Assembly: GCA_963733035.1 (NCBI GenBank)
Contig: CAVTBU010000007.1
Span: 1-64,000 of the forward strand
Length of the DNA: 64,000 nt
Reading direction: 5' to 3'
Source of the DNA: Pirellulales bacterium
Lineage (GTDB): Bacteria; Planctomycetota; Planctomycetia; Pirellulales; PALSA-1355
In this document: positions 29,913-39,681 of the stretch, piece by piece
Layout: every line of letters begins with the position of its first letter
Position numbering within the stretch: the first letter of the stretch is position 1
The notes under the pieces: model-generated
Database searches by the model: none
Told to the model about the DNA's origin: nothing
Seen by the model: only the letters and a program-made list of their open reading frames with translations
Position numbers and translations under genes: made by a program

Positions 29913-29948
29913 TTGACAAAAAGGAAGAAGTGGGATAAAAATCCCACT
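29913..29948 (+). promoter_or_regulatory. Promoter with overlapping palindromic operator for the HTH-integrase operon
   Basis: TTGACA (29913) N17 TAAAAA; perfect inverted repeat AGTGGGAT-AAAA-ATCCCACT (29929-29948). Confidence 0.6.
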
Positions 29949-29956
29949 AGGGCAAG

Positions 29957-30151
29957 ATGCTCTCAGACGTATTGCGAAAGAAGATTGCAGGAAGCGGGAT
30001 TCCGCTGCTGGTCCTCGAGCGGGAAACCGGGGTCCAGCGGGGATCGATCCGTCGATTCCTGGATCGCAAACAGTCATTGCGGCTCGATGCTGCTGACAGG
30101 TTGGCCGAGTATTTCGGCCTAAAACTGGTCAAAACGTCACGGAAGAAGTGA
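29957..30151 (+). CDS. Small XRE-like HTH regulator
   Basis: LERETGVQRGSIRRFLDRKQSLRLDAADRLAEYFGL. Confidence 0.8.
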   Translation: MLSDVLRKKIAGSGIPLLVLERETGVQRGSIRRFLDRKQSLRLDAADRLAEYFGLKLVKTSRKK

Positions 30152-30154
30152 ATC

Positions 30155-31831
30155 ATGGGCGCTGTTTTCAAGAAGACCTACACGAAGCCTGTGCCCGCCG
30201 GCGCTAGAATCGTCAATCGCAACGGCAAACGGCAAGCGCAGTGGCGCGACAGCAAAGGCAAGCTCCGTCGGGCCGACTTGACGACCAGCCGAGACGGCAA
30301 GGAGCGGATCCTGCTAACCGCTGGGACCTATACTGCCAAATATCGCGACGGTCAGGGTCTGCTTCGGGAGGAAACCACTGGCTGCCGCGATGAGGCCGCA
30401 GCACGCTCTGTCCTCTCCAGTCTGGAGCGACGTGCTGAGAAGGTCAGGGGGGGCCTGTTGACCGCCAGCGAAGCTGCTGCGATCGATCATCAAGAATTGC
30501 CGCTCAGCCAGCTCTTCGACGCCTACTTGGTCAAATTGCGATCGGGAGGCACTTCAGCGGTCCATCATGACAATGTTCGTCGCTGTTTGCGACGTGTCGC
30601 GAGGGACTGCAAATTCACGCGGCTCGCGAACTTTTCGCGTGAGGCACTGGAACGCTGGCTGGTCGCCGAGCAGGAAGCGGGCATGAGTGCCCGGACGCGG
30701 AATGTACACAGAGCCGCACTTGTAGCCTTCTGCAACTGGTGCGTCGAAACGAAGCGTTCCGTGTCTAATCCGTTCACCAAGGTCGCCAAGGCAGACGAAG
30801 ACCTCGACCCCAGGCGTCGACGGAGATCGCTAACGGAGGATGAGCTAGTCCGGTTGCTCGAAGCGGCGCGAAAACGGCCTCTACTCGACGCGTCGACCGT
30901 GCGACGCGGGAAGCGGAAAGGTCAGATTGCCGCCACACTCAAGGACACGACGCGTGACCGCCTGGAGCGGCTGGGTTGGGAGCGTGCCTTGATCTATAAG
31001 ACCTTGGTTCTCACGGGGCTGCGAAAGGGCGAGCTCGCATCGCTGACGGTCCAACAAGTCCGTCTGGACGCCCCCACGCCTTATCTTCTGCTCAACGCCG
31101 CCGACGAGAAAAACCGCCAGGGTGCCCATATCCCGCTGCGTGTGGACCTCGCCGATGACTTGCGGCGGTGGGTAGCCAGCATGCGGCCTGCGGGCACAAA
31201 GGAATTGCCGCCGAGCACTCCGCTCTTCAGCGTGCCGAATGGGCTGATTCGCATCTTGGATCGGGATCTGGTGGCTGCGGGCATCGCTCGGCGGGTTCAG
31301 GTTGCTCCGAACAAATGGGTGATTGATAAGCGCGACGAGCGCGGGCGCACGATCGACGTGCATGCATTGCGGCACACATTTGGTACGCTGTTGAGCGCGG
31401 GCGGCGTCATGCCACGTACCGCCCAGGCTGCTATGCGTCATTCCGACGTGAACCTGACTATGAACGTGTACACCGATCCGAAGCTATTGGACGTGGCCGC
31501 GGCCCTTGAGTCGCTGCCAGCGCTCCGGCTGCCTGCATGCCTGGATGGGCAGGAGCTACAAGGTAATGTCGAGGCACTCTCGGTGACGTCTAACGGCTTC
31601 CGAGATTCGGAGCATGCACCAACGCTTGCACCGACGACTGTCCAAACTCGACAAATGGGGGCAATCGTGGACCGGATTGCTGCCTCGGCTCATGATTGCG
31701 GCAATAACGCAGCCGTTGCCGTAGACGTCAGTGCTGACAAAGACTTACGGCCGCTGTCCGCTCTAGACAACGGCCGTCATCAAGCGAGGGTGAAGGGACT
31801 TGAACCCTCGGCCTCTAGCGTGACAGGCTAG
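30155..31831 (+). CDS. Tyrosine recombinase / phage-type integrase
   Basis: TGLRKGEL, EKNR, HALRHT, MRHSD, MNVYT catalytic set; adjacent to a tRNA 3' end. Confidence 0.95.
   Translation: MGAVFKKTYTKPVPAGARIVNRNGKRQAQWRDSKGKLRRADLTTSRDGKERILLTAGTYTAKYRDGQGLLREETTGCRDEAAARSVLSSLERRAEKVRGGLLTASEAAAIDHQELPLSQLFDAYLVKLRSGGTSAVHHDNVRRCLRRVARDCKFTRLANFSREALERWLVAEQEAGMSARTRNVHRAALVAFCNWCVETKRSVSNPFTKVAKADEDLDPRRRRRSLTEDELVRLLEAARKRPLLDASTVRRGKRKGQIAATLKDTTRDRLERLGWERALIYKTLVLTGLRKGELASLTVQQVRLDAPTPYLLLNAADEKNRQGAHIPLRVDLADDLRRWVASMRPAGTKELPPSTPLFSVPNGLIRILDRDLVAAGIARRVQVAPNKWVIDKRDERGRTIDVHALRHTFGTLLSAGGVMPRTAQAAMRHSDVNLTMNVYTDPKLLDVAAALESLPALRLPACLDGQELQGNVEALSVTSNGFRDSEHAPTLAPTTVQTRQMGAIVDRIAASAHDCGNNAAVAVDVSADKDLRPLSALDNGRHQARVKGLEPSASSVTG
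31747..31777 (-). terminator. Hairpin just downstream of tRNA-Asp
   Basis: ACGGCCGTTGTC-loop-GACAGCGGCCGT on the minus strand, followed by AAGTCTTT. Confidence 0.45.
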
Positions 31832-31858
31832 CGCTCTAACCAACTGAGCTACACCCCC
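31785..31858 (-). tRNA. tRNA-Asp (GTC), CCA not encoded
   Basis: GGGGGTG TA GCTC AGTTGGTTA GAGC G CTAGC CTGTCAC GCTAG AGGCC GAGGG TTCAAGT CCCTT CACCCTC G folds as a cloverleaf. Confidence 0.97.
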
Positions 31859-32356
31859 GATTGCACGATCCGCCAACCTGGGGTAATGGGTCCCCGTGTG
31901 CGCGGATTCGAGCTTGGAACGTCAAATTATAGCTGTCAGGCAAGCCCTCGCAAGGGCCCCGCCGCGAAGGCCGGGATGCGCAGCTGGTAGCGGTTTTCAG
32001 GGCGCCGGGACACTGCGGGGGGCGGTCAACTTGCGAGTCCTTGGTTCACTCGTCATGCGGACCCCATTCGTGAACTAGGTTTTTTACAGCGAAAAGGTGA
32101 CTACCCATGAACCTGCACAATCTATACCGGACGTTTTTCACGCGCCTCGAGCATCTCAGCTTCCAACAGTTTGCGCTGCTCGTCGTGGTGATCGTGGTGT
32201 TTGGATTCTATTGTTTGCGCGGCTTTGGCTCGCGCTCCAACTACTGACGTTCCGGTGGAGTACGATCTTCAGAAGTCACGCCCGCTGAGCCAAAAGGCCC
32301 CCCTGGCGACCGCAAACAATAACGAGGCGTCCCCCGCGCCCACGAAGGACAAGCCG

Positions 32357-33263
32357 ATGGACTTCCCAAACATTCCGCTCCCGGTGGCACTGGCCATCAT
32401 TGCTGCGCTCGGCTATATCGCCGGCCGACGTTCTCGCGTCCATGCCATTCACGAAGCCGACAAAGCCCGTCGCGAGCTGCGCCGCGCGAAGGTCGTGGCC
32501 CGCGAACTCGAACAAATTGCCGAGGGCGTTCGCAAGCATCTGGCCACGCATCATCTGAGCGTGGCGAAGTTCAAGGACCGGGTTACCCAACTCAGCGCCC
32601 ACGAACAGGAGACCGCCTGGCAGGAATTGTGTGGCGAGGCCGAGCAGATTCTCAAGCCCACGCTCCGGCTGGCCGAGCAGATCGCGCTGGCTTACGACGA
32701 AATCCGCCAACAAACCAACCAACTCATGACCTTCAGCGAAGTGCGCACCGATCCGCTGACCAAGGTGAGCAACCGCCGTTGTCTCGACGAGACACTCAGC
32801 TGGCTGTTTGCCATGCACCAGCGCTACGGCGACGCATTCTCCTTGGCCATCATTGATATCGACCATTTCAAGGAAGTAAACGACAAGAAGGGACACTTGC
32901 AGGGCGACCGCACGCTGCAGGCCGTGGCCCGGCTACTCGACGAGACGGTGCGCGATACCGACGTGGTGGCACGCTACGGTGGTGAGGAGTTCGTCGTGGT
33001 GCTGGCGCATACGGATCTTGCGGACGCCTGCCGCTTTGCCGAGCGAGTGCGCCGGCTAATCGAGGAAAAGCTCGAACTGACGATCTCGGGTGGTGTGGCC
33101 GAGGCGCTCGATGGAGACAATGCCCAGAGCCTGCTCTCGCGCCGACTCGGCGCTCTACAGCGGCAAGGCCGCGGGGCGCAATCGCATTTTCCGTCACACG
33201 GGCGTCGAGATTGAACCGATCGTGGTCGATGCCGCCGACGTGGGCGAGCCGGTCGAAGCCTAA
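32357..33263 (+). CDS. Membrane-anchored diguanylate cyclase (GGEEF), frameshift near 33140
   Basis: TDPLT, DIDHFK, RYGGEEF; the shifted frame continues ADSALYSGKAAGRNRI to a stop at 33263. Confidence 0.88.
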
Positions 33264-33462
33264 ATCGCACAGGACATCGTCCCGCCGGAAAGCTGCACCT
33301 GGTTCTCCGTCTACAAACCGATCCGGATCTCTTGGTTGCCTATCGGTTCGATCAAAACGGCAGGACCGCACTTCACCGTTGCGACCACTTCAGGCGTAGC
33401 AGTTTGGGTAGTGGCCCCAGACTTCCTCGCGCGACTCGGTCCTAACGAGGCTAGAACATCCG

Positions 33463-33567
33463 ATGTGCGAACCTGTCCTTTCCTACATTTCGCTTGGCGT
33501 TAGCGAACTTGTGGTGATTGCCGCCGCCGTGACATTGATGCTGCTGGTGCTCGCCTTCAACCGTTGA
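33463..33567 (+). CDS. Putative small membrane peptide (34 aa)
   Basis: MCEPVLSYISLGVSELVVIAAAVTLMLLVLAFNR, a single hydrophobic helix. Confidence 0.35.
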   Translation: MCEPVLSYISLGVSELVVIAAAVTLMLLVLAFNR

Positions 33568-33750
33568 ACCCCCCGCGGCGCTGGTTTCCATGACACCGGC
33601 CGACACCGAGATCGGTCGGGAATCGCTTGCGTTGACGAATCATGGGGCAATATTTAAGCTAGCCAGTGGCTCTTTGCGCAATTTGTCGGCTGCCCTTGCA
33701 TTGCTGGACGGGACTACCGACTTCACCACGAAGAAAGGGAGGGTATCGAC

Positions 33751-34074
33751 ATGCCGTTGTTCGAAGTCGAGACCGATTGCCACATCATCATCACCTGGGC
33801 CAATGACGAGGATGCCGCCACGGCGGTTGTCAATGAGGCGTATCCTAGCGATCGCGTCATCCGCCTCACGAAACGCCCCCGAGATACCTGGGTGATTTCC
33901 AAATCGGCCCTCGGAATTGCCAGTCCGACTGACGTCTGCTCGACCGCGCGCGACTGCCTGGCGAAGGCCTCGGGCGATAAAGTGCATGCCATCCGACTCT
34001 ACATGCACGAAACCGGCACCGATTTGGAGCGGGCCCGCAAAGTCATCGAATCGAACATGGTCATGGGTTGGTAA
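33751..34074 (+). CDS. Conserved hypothetical protein
   Basis: GGAGG RBS, protein-like composition (MPLFEVETDCHIIITWA...IESNMVMGW), followed by a terminator-like hairpin. Confidence 0.75.
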   Translation: MPLFEVETDCHIIITWANDEDAATAVVNEAYPSDRVIRLTKRPRDTWVISKSALGIASPTDVCSTARDCLAKASGDKVHAIRLYMHETGTDLERARKVIESNMVMGW

Positions 34075-34165
34075 CGAGACGTTCGTCACGGTTGATTCGC
34101 GGTCCGGGGCAGGCACAAGGCCGTGCCGGCCATCGGCCGCTGGTAAACCAACTTGAGACGCTCTG

Positions 34166-34221
34166 AAACAAGCCCCGCCAGGCGCGCCGTAAGGCGCACC
34201 CGGCGGGGTTTGCTTGTTTTT
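34166..34221 (+). terminator. Rho-independent terminator-like hairpin
   Basis: CCCCGCC...GGCGGGG stem followed by TTTGCTTGTTTTT. Confidence 0.55.
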
Positions 34222-34474
34222 GGTCCGTCAAATCAGCGCTTTGCACCGCCTGGATTGTGGCTCTCGCCGCACCGGCTGGGGTTACCAAAGGCCGCATAAC
34301 CCGCATCACATGCGCGGCCAAGATGGACTGTTCCGGTCTTGTTGTGCCGGCGGTCCTTTGGTTCCGGCGTCTATTGTCATGCTCCGACCTAAGTTTTTGA
34401 AGAGCAAGCGAGCCGGGTGAGCGCTCGGCTGCCGTGGACGTCGGTCAAGCCGCACCGCGCGGGGATAACGGGAT

Positions 34475-35110
34475 ATGCAATTTTGGAAGCGATACATGCC
34501 GGCGCAAGGGCGCCTGTTCTGGAGTATCGTCGCCGTGACGTGGGCGGTCGGCATTGCCAGCGGCATGTTGTTATTGGCGTGGCACGACAGTTCACCTGGC
34601 GCGGTTCAGCACGCCCCCGAAGTCTGGCCGGCCGATAGCCGAATTTCGTTGAGCGCCGAGGTCCCGACGCTCCTCATGTTCGCCCATCCGCGCTGCCCTT
34701 GCACGCGGGCGAGCCTCGGCGAACTGGAGGAGATCGTCGCGCGATGGGGTGATGCCGCGAGCTACTGGGTAATTTTCTACAAGCCGCATTCGGCCGACGA
34801 TCGTTGGGCGACGACGGACTTATACGACACGGCCGCTCGAATACCGGGCGTCCAGGTGATGCTCGACGTCGATGGCCGCGAGGCGCAACGGTTCGACGCC
34901 CTCACGTCGGGGCAGACGCTCCTCTACAACCCGCGCGGCGAATTGTGCTTTGCTGGCGGGATCACCTTTGCCAGGGGGCATGCCGGCGACAGTGACGGGC
35001 GGTCGTCGATCGAATCGATCCTGGCGCGAAAAGGCCCGGCGACATCCGAAACGCCCACGTACGGTTGTCCCATTTTGCTGCCCGGCGCGCGCGACCAACG
35101 GGAAAACTAG
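34475..35110 (+). CDS. Membrane-anchored thioredoxin-like protein (RedB-like)
   Basis: N-terminal TM, FAHPRCPCTRAS, FAGGIT..RGH.G, YGCPI. Confidence 0.7.
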   Translation: MQFWKRYMPAQGRLFWSIVAVTWAVGIASGMLLLAWHDSSPGAVQHAPEVWPADSRISLSAEVPTLLMFAHPRCPCTRASLGELEEIVARWGDAASYWVIFYKPHSADDRWATTDLYDTAARIPGVQVMLDVDGREAQRFDALTSGQTLLYNPRGELCFAGGITFARGHAGDSDGRSSIESILARKGPATSETPTYGCPILLPGARDQREN

Positions 35111-35113
35111 AAC

Positions 35114-37909
35114 ATGCCAATCGAAGTACGAAGTGATTCTGTCGAATCGATCGTCCATGCTCGGGCGGACGAGTTGCTAAATCAACATCAACAACAGCTG
35201 TACGTCCGCACGGACCGCATGCTGGCGATTCTGCTCGCCTTCGAGTGGGTGGTGGGCATCTTGGCGGCGCTTTGGATTTCGCCCCGCGCTTGGAGCGGCG
35301 GCACCAGCGAGGTGCATCCACACGTGTGGGCAGCGATCGTGCTGGCCGGTCTGGTCGACAGCCTGCCGATTGCCTTGGCCGTGTTGCGGCCTGGTAAAAC
35401 GTTGACGCGGCACGCGATTGCCGTCGCGCAGGTTTCGACGTCGGCGATCCTGATACATCTTACCGGCGGACGCATCGAAACCCACTTCCACGTTTTCGGG
35501 TCGCTGGCTTTTCTGGCAATGTATCGAGACTGGCGTGTCCTAATCACGGCGTCCACCATCGTGGCCATTGATCATTTCTGGCGGGGCATGTTTTGGCCAC
35601 AGTCCGTATTTGGCGTGTTGACTCCGGTATGGTGGCGGTGGATGGAACACGCTGGTTGGGTGGTTTTCGAGGACGTGATCCTTATCCGCGCCTGCGTGCT
35701 GGGAACGCGAGACCTGCAGGAAATTGCCTGGAACACGGCGCAGCTCGAGTCGACCAATGCGCGAATTGAGTCTCGCGTCGTTGAGCGGACGAAACAACTC
35801 CGCGCCAGCGAAGCAGAACTGCGCCAGGCCAAAAACGCGGCCGAACAGGGCAGCCGTGCCAAAGGCGAATTTCTGGCAAATATGAGTCACGAAATTCGCA
35901 CGCCCATGAACGGAATCGTCGGCATGACTGAACTGGCGCTGGGCACGAATCTGAACCCGACGCAACGGGAGTACTTGGAGACCGTCAAGTCGTGCTCGGA
36001 TGCCTTGCTCACGCTGATCAACGACATTCTCGATTTCTCGAAGATCGAAGCCGGCAAGTTTACACTCGAGTCGATCCCGTTCGACCTTCGCGACGCGGTT
36101 GGCGACACGCTGCGGGCATTCGGGTTGCAAGCGCACCAAAAGGGAATTGAACTGGCTTGCCGCGTCTCGGAGCGCGTTCCCCCGCAGGTCATCGGCGATC
36201 CGGGAAGACTGCGGCAAATTCTGGTCAATCTTCTGGGTAATGCCCTGAAGTTCACCGATCACGGCGAGATCGTCGTCGACGTGGACGTCCGGTCCGCCAC
36301 GCCCGACGCCGTCAAATTGGCCATCGCCGTGAAGGACACCGGGATCGGGGTTCCGGCTGACAAACAGCAAGCGATTTTCCGGGCGTTCGAGCAGGCCGAT
36401 CAATCAACCACGCGCGTCTTCGGCGGCACGGGGCTTGGGTTGGCGATCGTGTCGCGACTGGTGACGATGATGGGTGGTGAAATCAGCGTCGAAAGTCAAG
36501 AAGGCGCGGGCAGCACATTTCTCTTCACGGTGAACCTGGGACTGTCCAGCGTCGCGGCACATCCGGCTCGCAGGGTTCCGGCTTGTTGGGAGGGAGTCCG
36601 CGTGTTGATTGTGGACGACAATGCCACGAATCGCTCGATCCTGAGTGAAGTCCTGTCCCATTGGGGTTTCCAGACGGAGCAGGCTGATGGCGGAATCCGC
36701 GCGCTACAACTTTTGCACGAGGCGGCGAGCCAGGCAGCGCCGTTCGAGATTGTGCTGCTCGACGCGCAGATGCCCCAGCTGGACGGTTTCACGGTGGCCG
36801 AGCGTATCCTCGCCGAACCCGCGATAGCCGGTGCGACGCTCCTCATGCTGTCGTCATCGGCCTCGGAAGAAGACGCACAGCGCTGTCGTGCCCTCGGCAT
36901 CGTCGCTTGTCTCAACAAACCCATCAAACAGTCGGACTTGTTCAATACGCTCATGACGAACGCGATGGCGAACCCGGACGGTAGCCTCGCGACCGCTGCG
37001 CTGCCCGAGGACGATACCAGCGCAAGCGAACCCATCTCGGCCCGCGGTCGATCGTTGACCATCCTGTTGGCCGAAGACAATCCAGTCAACCAACGCGTGG
37101 CGCAGGAAATCCTGGTGAAGCGCGACCATGCCGTCGTGGCCGTCAACAACGGCTTCGAAGCCGTGCGGGCCGTGGCGACTCAGCACTTCGACGTCATCTT
37201 GATGGACGTTCAAATGCCGGTGATGGATGGCCTGGAGGCGACGGCGGAAGTCCGCCGCCTGGAAGCCTCGCTCGGCCGCCACACGCCCATCATCGCCATG
37301 ACAGCGCACGCGAGAAAGGAAGACCGCCAAAGTTGTTTGGAGGCGGGCATGGACGGCTACGTGTCCAAGCCGGTTAAACCGCATGATTTGCTGGCCGCGA
37401 TTGACGCCGCCGTGGCAAGCGACACCGAAAAGCCCGTTGTCACGGAGGTGCCTCGCGCAGGCGTCGGCCGCGATTTGCCCCCGCACCGCCCGGAACCTTT
37501 TGAGACGGATCGACCGGCTGAGCCGGGCACTAGCGTGGAGCACGACGCCAGTTTGACGTTGGACGACGCCATCGACATCGATTCGCTCTTGATCCGCGTG
37601 GATAACGATTGGGATCTATTGGCGGAGATCTTCGGGCTATTCATGGAGAGTTCACCGGCCTTATTGAAGGAGATCGATGCTGGCATCGCGCGCGGCGACG
37701 CAACAACCGTCGAACGGGCCACGCACGCTATCAAAGGCGCTATGCAGAATCTGGGAGCGGTTCGTGCGGCACGGGCCGCAGCCATTTTGGAAACTCAAGG
37801 ACGAGCTGGCGAATTGACGCTGGCGGAACAATCCTTCGCGCAGTTGCGCGATGAATACAACCGAATGGTGGAAGCCCTGTCCGATTATTGTCGCGGAGCA
37901 CGAACATGA
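35114..37909 (+). CDS. Hybrid sensor kinase (multi-TM, HisKA, HATPase, 2xREC, Hpt)
   Basis: [22 protein letters not shown], two REC domains, ATHAIKGA Hpt. Confidence 0.95.
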   Translation: MPIEVRSDSVESIVHARADELLNQHQQQLYVRTDRMLAILLAFEWVVGILAALWISPRAWSGGTSEVHPHVWAAIVLAGLVDSLPIALAVLRPGKTLTRHAIAVAQVSTSAILIHLTGGRIETHFHVFGSLAFLAMYRDWRVLITASTIVAIDHFWRGMFWPQSVFGVLTPVWWRWMEHAGWVVFEDVILIRACVLGTRDLQEIAWNTAQLESTNARIESRVVERTKQLRASEAELRQAKNAAEQGSRAKGEFLANMSHEIRTPMNGIVGMTELALGTNLNPTQREYLETVKSCSDALLTLINDILDFSKIEAGKFTLESIPFDLRDAVGDTLRAFGLQAHQKGIELACRVSERVPPQVIGDPGRLRQILVNLLGNALKFTDHGEIVVDVDVRSATPDAVKLAIAVKDTGIGVPADKQQAIFRAFEQADQSTTRVFGGTGLGLAIVSRLVTMMGGEISVESQEGAGSTFLFTVNLGLSSVAAHPARRVPACWEGVRVLIVDDNATNRSILSEVLSHWGFQTEQADGGIRALQLLHEAASQAAPFEIVLLDAQMPQLDGFTVAERILAEPAIAGATLLMLSSSASEEDAQRCRALGIVACLNKPIKQSDLFNTLMTNAMANPDGSLATAALPEDDTSASEPISARGRSLTILLAEDNPVNQRVAQEILVKRDHAVVAVNNGFEAVRAVATQHFDVILMDVQMPVMDGLEATAEVRRLEASLGRHTPIIAMTAHARKEDRQSCLEAGMDGYVSKPVKPHDLLAAIDAAVASDTEKPVVTEVPRAGVGRDLPPHRPEPFETDRPAEPGTSVEHDASLTLDDAIDIDSLLIRVDNDWDLLAEIFGLFMESSPALLKEIDAGIARGDATTVERATHAIKGAMQNLGAVRAARAAAILETQGRAGELTLAEQSFAQLRDEYNRMVEALSDYCRGART

Positions 37910-38829
37910 AGGTATTGATTGCCGACGACGAACTGACCTCGCGGCGACTGCTGGAGGCATCTTTGGCGCGTTGGGGTTACGATGTCGTGACCGCGGCCGA
38001 CGGCCATGAAGCCGCGCGCGTGCTGCTTTCGCCGGACGCGCCAAAGATGGCCGTGCTCGATTGGCTGATGCCGGGCATTGATGGCGCAACTCTGTCGAGA
38101 AATCCGCCGAAACAAGGCCGAACCGTATACGTATATTTTGCTGCTGACGGGCGCAGAGACCAGGTCGACGTCATTCAGGGGCTCGAAGCGGGCGCCGACG
38201 ACTACGTACGCAAGCCGTTCGATCCGGCTGAACTCAAGGTCCGCTTGCGGACGGGCAAGCGGATCCTGTATTTGCAGGATCAACTCATTGCCGCCCGCGA
38301 AGCGCTGCGCGATCGAGCGACGCGAGACCAGCTCACGGGCCTGTGGAACCGCGCGACGATTCTCGATCTCCTGAACAACGAGCTGCAGCGGACCCGACGC
38401 GAGGGGGCCTCCCTCGGCGTGTTGCTCGCCGATCTGGATCATTTCAAGCAGGTTAACGACACCTTCGGGCATCAAACGGGCGACGAGGTCTTGAGGGCCG
38501 TATCGCAAGCGATGGGCAAAGTGACTCGCCGCTATGATTCCATCGGCCGCTACGGCGGCGAAGAGTTCTTGATCGTGCTGCCTGGCTGCGATGAAACGAA
38601 CGCGATCAGCCACGCCGAGCGCTTGCGAGCCGCCGTGGAGAGAGTCACGGTCGCTCGACCCGAGCCCATTCGCCCAAGCATCAGTTTGGGCGTGGCAGTG
38701 TTTGGCAAAGACTGTCCGTGGGATGCGATTGACCTCATCGAGTCTGCCGACTCCGCCTTGTACCGCGCCAAGCGGTCGGGGCGCAACCGAGTTGAGCTGC
38801 AGGATGCAAATCTGCTCGGAACGCCCTGA
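37906..38829 (+). CDS. REC-GGDEF diguanylate cyclase (compensating frameshifts near 38090-38150)
   Basis: [23 protein letters not shown]; the alternative frame gives [21 protein letters not shown]. Confidence 0.9.
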   Translation: MKVLIADDELTSRRLLEASLARWGYDVVTAADGHEAARVLLSPDAPKMAVLDWLMPGIDGATLSRNPPKQGRTVYVYFAADGRRDQVDVIQGLEAGADDYVRKPFDPAELKVRLRTGKRILYLQDQLIAAREALRDRATRDQLTGLWNRATILDLLNNELQRTRREGASLGVLLADLDHFKQVNDTFGHQTGDEVLRAVSQAMGKVTRRYDSIGRYGGEEFLIVLPGCDETNAISHAERLRAAVERVTVARPEPIRPSISLGVAVFGKDCPWDAIDLIESADSALYRAKRSGRNRVELQDANLLGTP

Positions 38830-39277
38830 CGGCCGTTCCGACTTGCCGGGTAAGTGTCGCGCATCAGGGCGTTGTTCGACGTTCGGGCGAATCGCCAACG
38901 ACGGACGAAATGCGCGATCGCCGCTTGCATTCCGGAAGCTGCCGCCGATCGGGCCAGGCTAACCAGGCCGAACGCGGGCAAGAGCCAGGGCAGACCTCGT
39001 GTGGCGGCGAACAACGAAGTGCAATTGTCACAGCGCAGGGCGCCACTCCGGGGCGACGATCGAGATCCCGGGCTATCGACGGACCACGTGACGCGGCACA
39101 CCGACGACGATGCTTCAGCCCGGTATACCTCGAAAGAGGGGGCGATTTTTTCCCGTGGTGCGACCGATATGCACCGGTCGAAAAGGGACTCTAGGCAATA
39201 CCATTGCTCCGCGCACTGGGCTTTCGTGGCCCGTCGGCGTCGTCGATCCTTAAACAGACCAACACAACTCGATCAAG

Positions 39278-39436
39278 ATGTTCACTGCCGTCACCTTTTG
39301 CCTGCTCGGAGCTTTTCTTGTCGTGATGTTAGTCTGGATGGTGCTGGATAGAGCGATGCAGGAACGGGAAATCAGGAAAAGCATTAACAAACTGCACCAG
39401 ACGAAGGCGGCGCGGCGAGAGCAAATGAAATCGTAA
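39278..39436 (+). CDS. Putative small membrane protein (52 aa)
   Basis: MFTAVTFCLLGAFLVVMLVWMVLDRAMQEREIRKSINKLHQ...: TM helix followed by a charged tail. Confidence 0.45.
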   Translation: MFTAVTFCLLGAFLVVMLVWMVLDRAMQEREIRKSINKLHQTKAARREQMKS

Positions 39437-39681
39437 TGACCCCGCCGTGCGTTTGCTTCGGAAGGTCGTCGAAATCGCCCAGCATCGAACGCGGGTACCG
39501 CATTGCGCGAGTCCGGAGTTTTCGCGCCGCCGTGTCGTAGCGGTTCATTACGCTGGCCCCCCTTTTTGGCAAGCGGCCTTCTCTTCTGCCTCTGCGTTGT
39601 ACGTTGCTTTCGGTGAGGCGGCGAAGAAAAGTGCGTCGCTTCGTTTCCGGGCATCACTGCGCGCGCGAGATCGATGCGCCT

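Larger units (their letters stand above)
26375..31785 (+). mobile_element. Core module of a tRNA-Asp-integrated element (satellite/IME-like); cargo probably extends left past position 1
   Basis: alpA-like, primase-helicase, iterons, HTH and integrase next to the tRNA; accessory and decayed genes to the left, housekeeping genes to the right. Confidence 0.8.

Noticed and set aside
1..31784. Second att site (direct repeat of the tRNA-Asp 3' end)
   Set aside because: Not found by eye; it probably lies outside the window or has decayed.
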